DNA from: Leptolyngbyaceae cyanobacterium
GTDB taxonomy: Bacteria > Cyanobacteriota > Cyanobacteriia > Phormidesmidales > Phormidesmidaceae
DNA length: 64,000 nt
Direction: 5' to 3'
Assembly (NCBI GenBank): GCA_050331235.1
Contig: JBHJHA010000046.1
Coordinates: 11,862-75,861, forward strand
The notes beneath the pieces are model-generated. The model saw only the letters and a program-made list of their open reading frames with translations. It did not search any database and was not told the origin of the DNA. Position numbers and translations under genes: made by a program. Shown one piece after another: positions 20,123 through 28,720 of the stretch. Each line of letters starts with the position of its first letter. Within the stretch, counting starts at the first letter, position 1.

Positions 20123-21127
20123 TTAGCGTTCAGATTGCGCGATATGCACAAGGGCATCACCCTGATGCACCAGCGGCGTCTGGTGATGGCCGATGACCCA
20201 GCCTGCTATCGGGCTGCGAACTGGCGCTGGGCGATCGCCAAACGCATCGGTGATAAAGCCTAAGATCTCGCGATGGTCTACCGCCTGCCCCAACTGCACC
20301 TGACGGTGCCAAAACCCGCCCTGGGAGGCTCTGACCCATTTAGTGTGCCATGCTTCTAAAGGTGGCGTCACCGCACTAGCCGCCCCTGGGCTAGTCATCT
20401 CGAGATAAGCCAAAACCCGATTGATACCATCGACCCCAATCTGGATGGCGTCTTCGCCAAACCGTAGTGCCTCGCCCCCCTCGTACAGGAGGGTGGGAAT
20501 GTTAGCTTTGGCGGCGGCCTGCCGCAGGGAGCCATCCCGCGTATCCGCATGGATAAGCATAGGAGCGCCAAAGGCCTGAGCAATGGCATAGGTGGTCGAG
20601 TCGTTGAGGTTGGCCCGGATTTGAGGGAAATTGCTGCGGTGGATGGCGGCTGTATGCAGGTCAATGCCGTAGTCAGCATGGCTCACCACCTCCCGCATAA
20701 AAATGGCAGCCAGCCGACTGGCTAGGGACCCACGTCGTGAACCGGGAAAGGAGCGATTTAAATCGCGGCGGTCAGGCAGATAGCGCGACTGCTCAATTAG
20801 GCCAAAAATATTCACCACCGGTACCGCTAATACCGTACCGCGCAGGCTGCTGGGCTGTAGCGATCGCACTACCCGGCGAATGATTTCAACCCCGTTCAGC
20901 TCATCGCCATGAATGGCGGCACTTAGCCAAATACAAGGTCCGGGCTGACGCCCCCGCACTACCGCCACCGGTAGCGAAAGCATCGTCCCCGTGGGTAAGC
21001 GCGTCACGGGTAATTCAATCTTGACGCGCCTATTGCGAGGAACAGTGACATTCCCAATGACTAAGGGTGGCCGCTCGGCTCCCGTCGGAACCGGTGAGTC
21101 CGTCGCGATCGCCGGTTCGCTTTCCAA
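20123..21127 (-). CDS. Succinylglutamate desuccinylase/aspartoacylase (M14) family protein
   Basis: HGDELNG, DLNRSFPG, IDLHT, YEGGE; probable TTG start at 21127 with GGAG upstream. Confidence 0.9.
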   Translation of the reverse strand: MESEPAIATDSPVPTGAERPPLVIGNVTVPRNRRVKIELPVTRLPTGTMLSLPVAVVRGRQPGPCIWLSAAIHGDELNGVEIIRRVVRSLQPSSLRGTVLAVPVVNIFGLIEQSRYLPDRRDLNRSFPGSRRGSLASRLAAIFMREVVSHADYGIDLHTAAIHRSNFPQIRANLNDSTTYAIAQAFGAPMLIHADTRDGSLRQAAAKANIPTLLYEGGEALRFGEDAIQIGVDGINRVLAYLEMTSPGAASAVTPPLEAWHTKWVRASQGGFWHRQVQLGQAVDHREILGFITDAFGDRPAPVRSPIAGWVIGHHQTPLVHQGDALVHIAQSER

Positions 21128-21590
21128 ACTCGATAGACTCCATCTACGTAGTTTGCTTAGAGTAACAAATCTGCCACGATTCTCAACTGGGGCCGATGCC
21201 AGGAGGCCCCGGCCGATATGCGCCACGGGCTAGCGATCTCAAGCCACATTGAATCCCAATTCTCTATGTCAATCCGCTAATGCTGGCCGATCTATCGAGC
21301 CGGCAGCCAGATTTTTCTGAGGGCTATGAGAAAAGTCGGAAACCCCCATGGGCCAAGGGAAGTGATGCCCTCGCCGAGAATAAAAGGAAAATCGACAAAA
21401 CCGCAAGAAAGTGGTACAAATTTACTGGATTAAGTTGCTCTGTAGGATGCCTTGGAATATTGGGCCTGTGAAAGTAGGGCGATCGCTGATTGCGGCCTTT
21501 GCATCCCCTAAGCGCTTAGCCTTCTAGATTCGGCGATCGCGACGCTCAGTTAGATCAAACTTACCATTCTGTTCTATAGAGGTAGAGATC

Positions 21591-22382
21591 ATGGCCGAAT
21601 TCAGCACCTACGCTCCGGGTACGTTTTGTTGGGTTGACTTAGCAACCACCGATACTGTCGCCGCCAAGCAGTTTTATTGCCACCTCTTTGACTGGACCGC
21701 AATCGACGTTCCGGCCGGTGAGGCCGGCGTTTACACCATGCTCCAAAAAGCTGGCAAGGATGTTTGCGCGCTATATGAAATGCCTGCGGCACGTCAGCAG
21801 CAGGAGCCGCCTAACTGGCTGAGCTATGTATCAGTTGCCGATGTAGAAGCCAGCACGGATAAAGCCAAAGCCTTGGGGGGCGAAGTGTTACAGGCGCCGT
21901 GCGACGTGATGGAATCAGGTCGCATGAGCTTGATCAAGGATCCTACAGGGGCAGTTTTTGCCCTATGGCAGCCGCAACAACACCTTGGCGCGACCCTAGT
22001 GAATGAGCCCGCCACCCTTTGCTGGAACGAGCTGCAAACCCACAAAGTTGAGCAGGCGACTCAGTTCTACACTCAGTTATTTGGCTGGGAAACTGAAACC
22101 ACTCGCAATGCTGCGGGGGGCGATTACAGTTTGTTTAAACAGAGCGATCGCCATGGAGCTGGCATGATGGAGATCCAACCGGAGTGGGGAGAAGTCCCCC
22201 CAAACTGGGCCGTCTACTTTGCGGTCGAGAACTGCGACCTCACCCTTAAAAAGGCCGTCGAGCTCGGTGGCAAAGTCGAGATGCCCCCCATGGAAATTGC
22301 CGATGTTGGTCGACTTGCTATCATTCAAGACCCTCAAGGTGCAGTCTTTACCGTTTTACAGATGGCAGAAGGCTCGAACTGA
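21591..22382 (+). CDS. Two-domain VOC/glyoxalase family protein
   Basis: PGTFCWVDL and TLCWNEL repeats; DPTGAVF and DPQGAVF. Confidence 0.9.
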   Translation: MAEFSTYAPGTFCWVDLATTDTVAAKQFYCHLFDWTAIDVPAGEAGVYTMLQKAGKDVCALYEMPAARQQQEPPNWLSYVSVADVEASTDKAKALGGEVLQAPCDVMESGRMSLIKDPTGAVFALWQPQQHLGATLVNEPATLCWNELQTHKVEQATQFYTQLFGWETETTRNAAGGDYSLFKQSDRHGAGMMEIQPEWGEVPPNWAVYFAVENCDLTLKKAVELGGKVEMPPMEIADVGRLAIIQDPQGAVFTVLQMAEGSN

Positions 22383-22581
22383 CCGGTAAGCGCCAACCCG
22401 ACTGATCCAGGAATCGGTGTCTGGCCTTTGATTTCTCATATTGAACGGCCAGACACCAACAGCAATCGCAGCATTTAAGTCAGATCAACATCAATCGACA
22501 GGGGATGGGTTCAGGCGTAACTATCAATCCGCACAACGCGCTGCCAGTGAAATCTGGATAACGTTGGCATCGCCTCGCCGT

Positions 22582-22692
22582 TACACCAATTCTCTGTAAT
22601 AGCGCTACAGACTTGAAGATCCCCCACTGTCGCTGCCCCCTGAAAAAGGGGCTTTGAAGAATCTGTATGTAGTCGTGATTACAGAAATAGGA
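22582..22692. mobile_element. MITE-like element, copy 2 (inverted relative to copy 1)
   Basis: ACACCAATTCTCTGTAATAGCGCTACAGACTTGAAGATCCCCC...TGTAGTCGTGATTACAGAAATAG matches the reverse complement of 19942-20054 with a few mismatches. Confidence 0.7.
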
Positions 22693-23089
22693 TGACTGCC
22701 TCGAAGCGTAGATGTGGGAGTGCGAAACGCCTACTTCCTGTGCTTTCGATCCCTTTGGCGGGGTTGTTTCTAGTCGATCTGCTGGAGATCGCTAGCCGGG
22801 GTCATGCGAGGTTTAATTTCGGTGTTGCGAATGCACGTTCACTGAGGGGAATGTCGGTTTCTCCCCAGTCCTCCCGCGTTATAAACCTATTGGCAAAGGG
22901 GAGAGCGCGACTGGTGTATAGCTAATAGGCTTTATGGCCGGTCATCTGCCTGCGCCATCTACCTAGCGGTGGCTGATTCATCCCCCCATTAAAGAACGTC
23001 AGCGTTGCTGCCTTGCCCAAAATCCAGCGATCGCTTTTTGTCGAACAGCGATACAATACATGCGTTCTAAGTAATGGCAATGAGACCCT

Positions 23090-24256
23090 ATGCCCGTTAG
23101 CCCTGCTCAGATTCGCGCGGTCCTCGATGAGAAACGTCAGGCGCTTACCGAGTTTAACCAAACCTTTGCCTCTGACCTCAAACGCTATCGAGATACTTGG
23201 CAAGCGCTGACTCAGGAATCCTTTGCCCCGACTGCCAAACGACTAGGCAAACCAGGGATTGGCGCTCACCTGCTCGAATCGTTTAGCCTCATTCGTAAGG
23301 GCGTTATCCCCAATCAAAATCACTGGGCAAATCGAGAAGATAGCCTCGGCTGGGTTCGAGAACAACTGGCTGGGGTGACCACCTTTGCTGTCGATGGTTC
23401 GCAAATTTTCCCGAGTAAAGACGTCTCCATGCCGATCGCCCTAGTGCAGATTGGTTGGTTTGAAAATCCGCATACAGATGACGGACAGTACACCAAAGAT
23501 ATTGCCCTGGATGTGCTCACCCCTGATGATCTGCGGGCCTACCATCAGGGCGAACCCGTTGATCGCCGGGTCAATATTCGCCGCTTTGAGATGGAGGTCA
23601 AGCGTCTCGTTAGCTACATGGAGTCTTGCCAGCAGCCGGAGCGCACATTGGTGCTGTTCGATGGTTCTCTGGTGGTGACCTTTGCCGATGCGTTTGATCC
23701 CGAAAGCCAAGCCGCCTACGTCAGCGCCATGGTGAATCTGCTTGCCACGAGTCAGCGCTGTCGGGTCCCGCTGGTGGGCTTCATTGACACATCGAATGCC
23801 CGCGACCTCGCGACCCTGCTACAGCATTACGATCCCGCGCTCAATCCGGTCGAAACCATCCACGATGCCCAAATCCTCAAAAAAGCGATGCACTGGGGCG
23901 ATCGCACACCCCTATTCCACTGCGATCGCGAAGGCATTTTGGAGCAATATGGTGACCAGCAAGATCAGGTGATTTTCAGCTATCTACAAACCACCCGTGA
24001 TCGCCCCCCGGCCCGGTTAGAGATGCCCCGGTGGCTATGGGAGGCCGACCTCGCAGAAACTGCGATCAACTGGGTTAAGGCTGAAGTCATTGTTGGAGGT
24101 GGCTACCCCTACGCAATCGAAACGGCTGACCAAACGGCAGTATTACAGGCCCCGGATCGACAGCTGTTTTATCGAATTTTGCAAGATTGGGCCAATCGCG
24201 AACAGCTAAATGTGCAGTTTTCGCGCAAGCTAGTGAGCAAAATGCGACGGCGCTAA
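23090..24256 (+). CDS. nurA: NurA domain nuclease
   Basis: FAVDGSQ, LFDGSL, RLEMPRW, GYPYAIETADQTA. Confidence 0.85.
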   Translation: MPVSPAQIRAVLDEKRQALTEFNQTFASDLKRYRDTWQALTQESFAPTAKRLGKPGIGAHLLESFSLIRKGVIPNQNHWANREDSLGWVREQLAGVTTFAVDGSQIFPSKDVSMPIALVQIGWFENPHTDDGQYTKDIALDVLTPDDLRAYHQGEPVDRRVNIRRFEMEVKRLVSYMESCQQPERTLVLFDGSLVVTFADAFDPESQAAYVSAMVNLLATSQRCRVPLVGFIDTSNARDLATLLQHYDPALNPVETIHDAQILKKAMHWGDRTPLFHCDREGILEQYGDQQDQVIFSYLQTTRDRPPARLEMPRWLWEADLAETAINWVKAEVIVGGGYPYAIETADQTAVLQAPDRQLFYRILQDWANREQLNVQFSRKLVSKMRRR

Positions 24257-24315
24257 CGCTGCCAGATGAGTTATCCCATCAACTGAGGATGGGTGCGGCT
24301 TCTCTGCAGCATTGT

Positions 24316-24630
24316 CTAGTGGGGAGCCATGACGGCGGCAGCTAAGACAGCATCCAGAACACCGGGAAAGCGTTGATTGAGGTCTTCCGTCCGCAGGGAA
24401 TTGAGATGCTGAGTGCCTTGCTTACGGCAGTGAATGACGCCTGCTTCACGCAAAATCTTGAAGTGATGGGATAGCGTTGACTTTGCTACTGCGGCATTGA
24501 TAGCAGCGCAGGGTAGTTCGGGAGAGTCGGCCAGTCGTTTCACAATTGCTAATCGTATCGGGTCGCCCAAGGCGTATAGCACTCCCTCCAGAGTGATGTC
24601 GTTCTTATCAGGATGGTAAATCGGCTTCAT
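24316..24630 (-). CDS. rexT: ArsR/SmtB family regulator, RexT-like
   Basis: HPD...VLYALGDPIRL, KSTLSHHFKILREAG, RKQGTQH, RFPGVLDAVL; divergent from trxA, as for Anabaena rexT/trxA2. Confidence 0.75.
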   Translation of the reverse strand: MKPIYHPDKNDITLEGVLYALGDPIRLAIVKRLADSPELPCAAINAAVAKSTLSHHFKILREAGVIHCRKQGTQHLNSLRTEDLNQRFPGVLDAVLAAAVMAPH

Positions 24631-24660
24631 AGTTGCATTATTACATATCTCAGGCTATAG

Positions 24661-24691
24661 TCTAATTGTTCGAGAAAATTGAACAATTAGA
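24661..24691. promoter_or_regulatory. Palindromic operator, probable RexT site
   Basis: Perfect 11-bp arms TCTAATTGTTC-N9-GAACAATTAGA next to TATAGT (-10-like, 24656-24661) in the rexT/trxA intergenic region. Confidence 0.75.
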
Positions 24692-24725
24692 TGTTTCCTT
24701 TCAAGTTCTAGCGGAGGTAAAGTCC

Positions 24726-25052
24726 ATGTCCGCAGTATTAAGTACAACCCAAGCCAGTTTCGAGGCAGATGTCCTACAGAGCGATGTTCCTGTACTGGTA
24801 GATTTCTGGGCGCCCTGGTGTGGTCCCTGTCGCCTCGTTTCCGGGGTGGTGGATGCCGTCGCTCAGAAGTATGCCGGGCGGCTCAAAGTGGTGAAGGTGA
24901 ACGTGGATGAGCAGCCAGCGATCGCCTCTAACTATGGTGTTCGTAGCATTCCGACCTTGTCCGTGTTCAAAGAGGGGCAGGTGATTGATCAGGTTGTGGG
25001 TGCAGTGCCCCAAACGGCTCTGGCCAAAACCCTTGATCAGCATCTGGCATAG
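24726..25052 (+). CDS. trxA: Thioredoxin
   Basis: WCGPC active site; GGAGG before ATG 24726. Confidence 0.95.
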   Translation: MSAVLSTTQASFEADVLQSDVPVLVDFWAPWCGPCRLVSGVVDAVAQKYAGRLKVVKVNVDEQPAIASNYGVRSIPTLSVFKEGQVIDQVVGAVPQTALAKTLDQHLA

Positions 25053-25128
25053 CTGTTTGGTTGTCGACTGGAGAGAGTTAGAGATCTGACTCTCTCACCA
25101 CCCTATCCATTTACAGAGTTGATTGCTT

Positions 25129-26232
25129 ATGAATGCTCCCAAAGACTTATTGAGTTCCATTCGGCTGGGTCGCCATGAGTTGCGTAATCGCATTGTTATG
25201 GCTCCACTAACGCGCAACCGAGCCAACGAAGACAATGCCCCGATCGCTATGCACGTTACTTACTACACCCAGCGGGCTTCTGCCGGTCTCATCATTACTG
25301 AGGCGACTCAAGTCACCCCGATGGGTCAAGGCTATCCTGCAACGCCAGGAATTCATTCCTCGGCTCAAGTTGACGGCTGGCAACGGGTGACGGACAGCGT
25401 CCACCAAGCCGGGGGCAAGATTTTCCTACAGCTTTGGCACGTTGGTCGCATTTCCCATCCGTCCTTTCATGGGGGGGCACTGCCGGTGGCCCCCAGCGCC
25501 ATTAAGCCCGAAGGCGAAGCCATGACCTACGAAGGCATGCAGCCCTTTGTCACGCCTCGGGCCCTAGAACTCGACGAGATTCCTACCCTCATCCAGCAGT
25601 TCAAGCAGGGGGCAGAAAATGCTCTGGCTGCCGGGTTTGACGGGGTGGAAGTTCACGGTGCTAATGGTTATTTACTAGACCAGTTTTTGCGTGATGGGAC
25701 AAATCAGCGTACCGATGCCTACGGTGGGTCTAAGGAAAACCGGGCGCGGCTGCTGCTAGAGGTGACTCAAGCAGCCATTGATGTGTGGGGCAGCGATCGC
25801 GTTGGCGTGCGGCTCTCCCCTAGCAGTACCTTTAACGACATGAGTGACTCTGAGCCCCGCGCTACCTTTGGTTATGCCGTTCAGGCCCTTGACCAGCTAG
25901 ATTTGGCTTATCTGCATTTGCTAGAGCCCAGTGAGGCCGATTTGCGCCACGGTGGCATTCCCCTTCCGACTAAGGAGTTTCGACCGATGTATAGTGGCAA
26001 TCTCATGGTGAACTGGGGCTACGATCGCGAGTCGGGAAATCGGGCGATCGCTGCTGGTGAAGCTGATCTTGTTTCCTACGGCAAGCTATTCATTGCGAAT
26101 CCTGACTTGCCGAAGCGCTTTAAGCTTGAGGCTCCCCTTAATGAACCCGACGAATCCACTTTTTACGGTGGTGATGAGCATGGCTATACGGACTATCCGT
26201 TTTTAGCCGAGAGTGAGACGGCCACAGTATAG
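25129..26232 (+). CDS. nemA: Alkene reductase (old yellow enzyme, NemA-like)
   Basis: NRIVMAPLTR, QLWHVGR, HGANGYL, VRLSP, TFYGG...GYTDYP. Confidence 0.92.
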   Translation: MNAPKDLLSSIRLGRHELRNRIVMAPLTRNRANEDNAPIAMHVTYYTQRASAGLIITEATQVTPMGQGYPATPGIHSSAQVDGWQRVTDSVHQAGGKIFLQLWHVGRISHPSFHGGALPVAPSAIKPEGEAMTYEGMQPFVTPRALELDEIPTLIQQFKQGAENALAAGFDGVEVHGANGYLLDQFLRDGTNQRTDAYGGSKENRARLLLEVTQAAIDVWGSDRVGVRLSPSSTFNDMSDSEPRATFGYAVQALDQLDLAYLHLLEPSEADLRHGGIPLPTKEFRPMYSGNLMVNWGYDRESGNRAIAAGEADLVSYGKLFIANPDLPKRFKLEAPLNEPDESTFYGGDEHGYTDYPFLAESETATV

Positions 26233-26440
26233 GAGCCATGGTGGTGACTCTGCTCTACGCTGGCTGATTGCCAAGGGCAGAGTCATTGCTACGGTAGCTT
26301 GCGGCTCTCCGGGACCGGCCAGCATTATCAATGGGATGGCGAGCCAAGTTCGATTAGATCCTTTTAAGGGCGGGATTGCCCGTGGTGTGGCTTCTCTGGG
26401 GACCGACTGATAAAACGCGCTTGATTGACTGCAAAATCGA

Positions 26441-28012
26441 TCACAAATCCAGCGCTTCATGGCGATAGGGCTGCCAGCCACGCTTGTGCTTTTCCGTGAT
26501 TAAAGGCGTGGCTGTGAGTTGCAGGGGAATTCCCTCATTCACGTCAACTCTTAAAGCCGTATAGGGTCGCCGCAGGGTTGAGCCTTTGCCCGATCGTCCC
26601 AAAAACAAATGGGATGTCGCGACTATCTGCTCTTGCCCTCCGACTGATTCCCTGAGTTCACTACCTTGGGAGCGTTGTCGCCGTAAGCTGTAGCCGCTGC
26701 CACCGCAGACAATCCAGGGAATGTGCGCGTCGCCGTGGCCGGTATCCCCCGTGCGGAGATATTCAAAACAGTGGGCATGGCCGCAAAGCACTAGATTTAA
26801 CAACGGGGTGCCCTGGGTCAGGGCTGACACCTCGACTTGCACCGCATCCAGCACGCGGCGGAGATGATGGCGCACGGCCAAAGTTTGTCCCTGAAACCAC
26901 TTGGTGGCTTCTGTGACATAGGGGGGATGGTGAAAAAACACGATACGTCCCCGGACCGCCGGGTCGCGCCAAGATGCAATCAGGCGATCGCGGAACCAAT
27001 CTAGCTGTTCATAATCGACGACCGCAGGACTGACGTGGTCTAGCTGTTTGTCGATGTCGTAAATGGCTTCGTCGAGTTCTTCCAGCTCGCCCGTGAGGTC
27101 ATCGTGATCTTCATCGCTCATAGGATTCGCCACAGCAGCGCCTAATTCCCTGAGGATATGAGCCTTTTCCGCTGCGAGTTCCTGGCGTTGGGCGGCGAGC
27201 TGGGCCCGGGTGTGATATAGATTATCCGGGTCATCTAGGGGCAGCGGCTGGTTGAGGGTGTTGGAGTCCAGCGCAAAGAAGTCAATGCCGCCATAGCGAA
27301 AGGTGTAGTAGCGATTGGGTAAGCGGGTAAAGTGACTTGGGCGATAGGTTAAACAGCGATCGCGCCCAAAGTAACTGTCATAGTGTGTATCCAGATGAGC
27401 ACCGAGCTGGGCGTCAGGAATGCCCTGTAGGTAATCGATGAAGGCCCTAGCGTAGGCATCTCCCTGAAAGGAACCATGCCAGCCAATATCAAGGTCGACA
27501 TAGGAGCGCAGCGCATAGCGCAGGGGGCCGCCCAAGCCCGATAAAAGACCCAGCAGTCGGGGCAAATCATAGTAGTCATGGTTGCCCAGCACCGGAAAGA
27601 AGGGGCGCTGAAAGATCATGCGATCGTAGGCAATTTTCTGATACTTTTCGCCCCCGAGCAGCCATTCCCGATAGGGACGAATAAAGTTAGCGCGATATTG
27701 TTCGCTAGAGCCTACGAGGTAAACGACATCCCCTGTGTGCAATGTAAAATCAGCGTCTTGGCCATATTTCAGCAGGCACTCGGCGACTCGGCGCTGGGGA
27801 TTGCTGCCCCGGTGACGCCCTGTACCGCTGTCGCCTAAGACCAAAAAAGAGAACCCTACAGGGGCCTCAAGGGTTTCAGCGATGGATAGACGAGTTTGGT
27901 CGATGTGGCGCTGGGTAACTTTCTCATGTTGCCAACGAACGCGTGCTCGCATCCGGCGGATTTTGACATCGATTTGAGGTTCAGTAATCAGTTTCATACC
28001 AGCAGGGAGCAA
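26441..28012 (-). CDS. Calcineurin-like metallophosphoesterase
   Basis: GDSG, GDVVY, GNHDY, HHPPY, GHAH; a coiled-coil insertion. Confidence 0.9.
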   Translation of the reverse strand: MLPAGMKLITEPQIDVKIRRMRARVRWQHEKVTQRHIDQTRLSIAETLEAPVGFSFLVLGDSGTGRHRGSNPQRRVAECLLKYGQDADFTLHTGDVVYLVGSSEQYRANFIRPYREWLLGGEKYQKIAYDRMIFQRPFFPVLGNHDYYDLPRLLGLLSGLGGPLRYALRSYVDLDIGWHGSFQGDAYARAFIDYLQGIPDAQLGAHLDTHYDSYFGRDRCLTYRPSHFTRLPNRYYTFRYGGIDFFALDSNTLNQPLPLDDPDNLYHTRAQLAAQRQELAAEKAHILRELGAAVANPMSDEDHDDLTGELEELDEAIYDIDKQLDHVSPAVVDYEQLDWFRDRLIASWRDPAVRGRIVFFHHPPYVTEATKWFQGQTLAVRHHLRRVLDAVQVEVSALTQGTPLLNLVLCGHAHCFEYLRTGDTGHGDAHIPWIVCGGSGYSLRRQRSQGSELRESVGGQEQIVATSHLFLGRSGKGSTLRRPYTALRVDVNEGIPLQLTATPLITEKHKRGWQPYRHEALDL

Positions 28013-28253
28013 CGATCAGTCAGTCAGCCAGTGGCGGCGTATCCAGCGGCGTCACCCCACTTTATGTCGTTTGACCGTCCACAGCGACCTTCTCAAGTCG
28101 GAACTCGTTTGACGAATTGTGAACCCGGAACGCGGCTACTGCCAACGCGCCGGCAGTAGCCCCTAAAAATAAACCCTTCCCAAGTGGCCGTGGGAAGGGG
28201 GAAAGAACGGTGACAAATCAGTAGCAATTGGCCCACTCGTTGAAGGGGTCTGA

Positions 28254-28427
28254 CTAGAGCCGGTAGCGGACCCCGCGATAAATCATTTCACCCGCTGGGC
28301 GATCAGCGACTAAGGCCTGTTTGATTTGATAGCGTTGACCGCGAAAGGTGGCTACGAGCTGGGAGACGGGCGCTTCGCAACCAATTTTTTGGTTGACGTA
28401 GGACTGGCCATGGAATATGAGCTGCAT
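28254..28427 (-). CDS. DUF4278-like small protein (57 aa)
   Basis: Manual translation MQLIFHGQSYVNQKIGCEAPVSQLVATFRGQRYQIKQALVADRPAGEMIYRGVRYRL with three (F/Y)(H/R)GxxY repeats; GAGG upstream; hairpin at ~28174-28200 downstream. Confidence 0.8.
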   Translation of the reverse strand: MQLIFHGQSYVNQKIGCEAPVSQLVATFRGQRYQIKQALVADRPAGEMIYRGVRYRL

Positions 28428-28720
28428 AGTGTTGATGCCTCAATAGGTAGATGTATCTAGGCTGAAATTCTCAGCTTTAACTGCCTGTTAATAGGCTATT
28501 TCGAGAATGTTTGCGTTGATGTGTGACCCGTGTTTGCGATGTGTATAAGATTTGACTCGGCGGCGTCTCCGCGCGATCGCCCCTGGCATTTTCTCTCAGT
28601 CCGTTAAGGCGTGAGCGGTTGCTGAGCGATCGAGGATCTATTTCAGATCGTTAGGCATGTCACAGGGAGAATTTGTCATTATGGGCACAGGTTATTTGCC
28701 CCTTTCTTTGCCAGCTCTCA

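Noticed and set aside
28522..28537. Possible CRP (SyCrp) site TGTGA-N6
   Set aside because: Second half-site TTTGC matches TCACA poorly.
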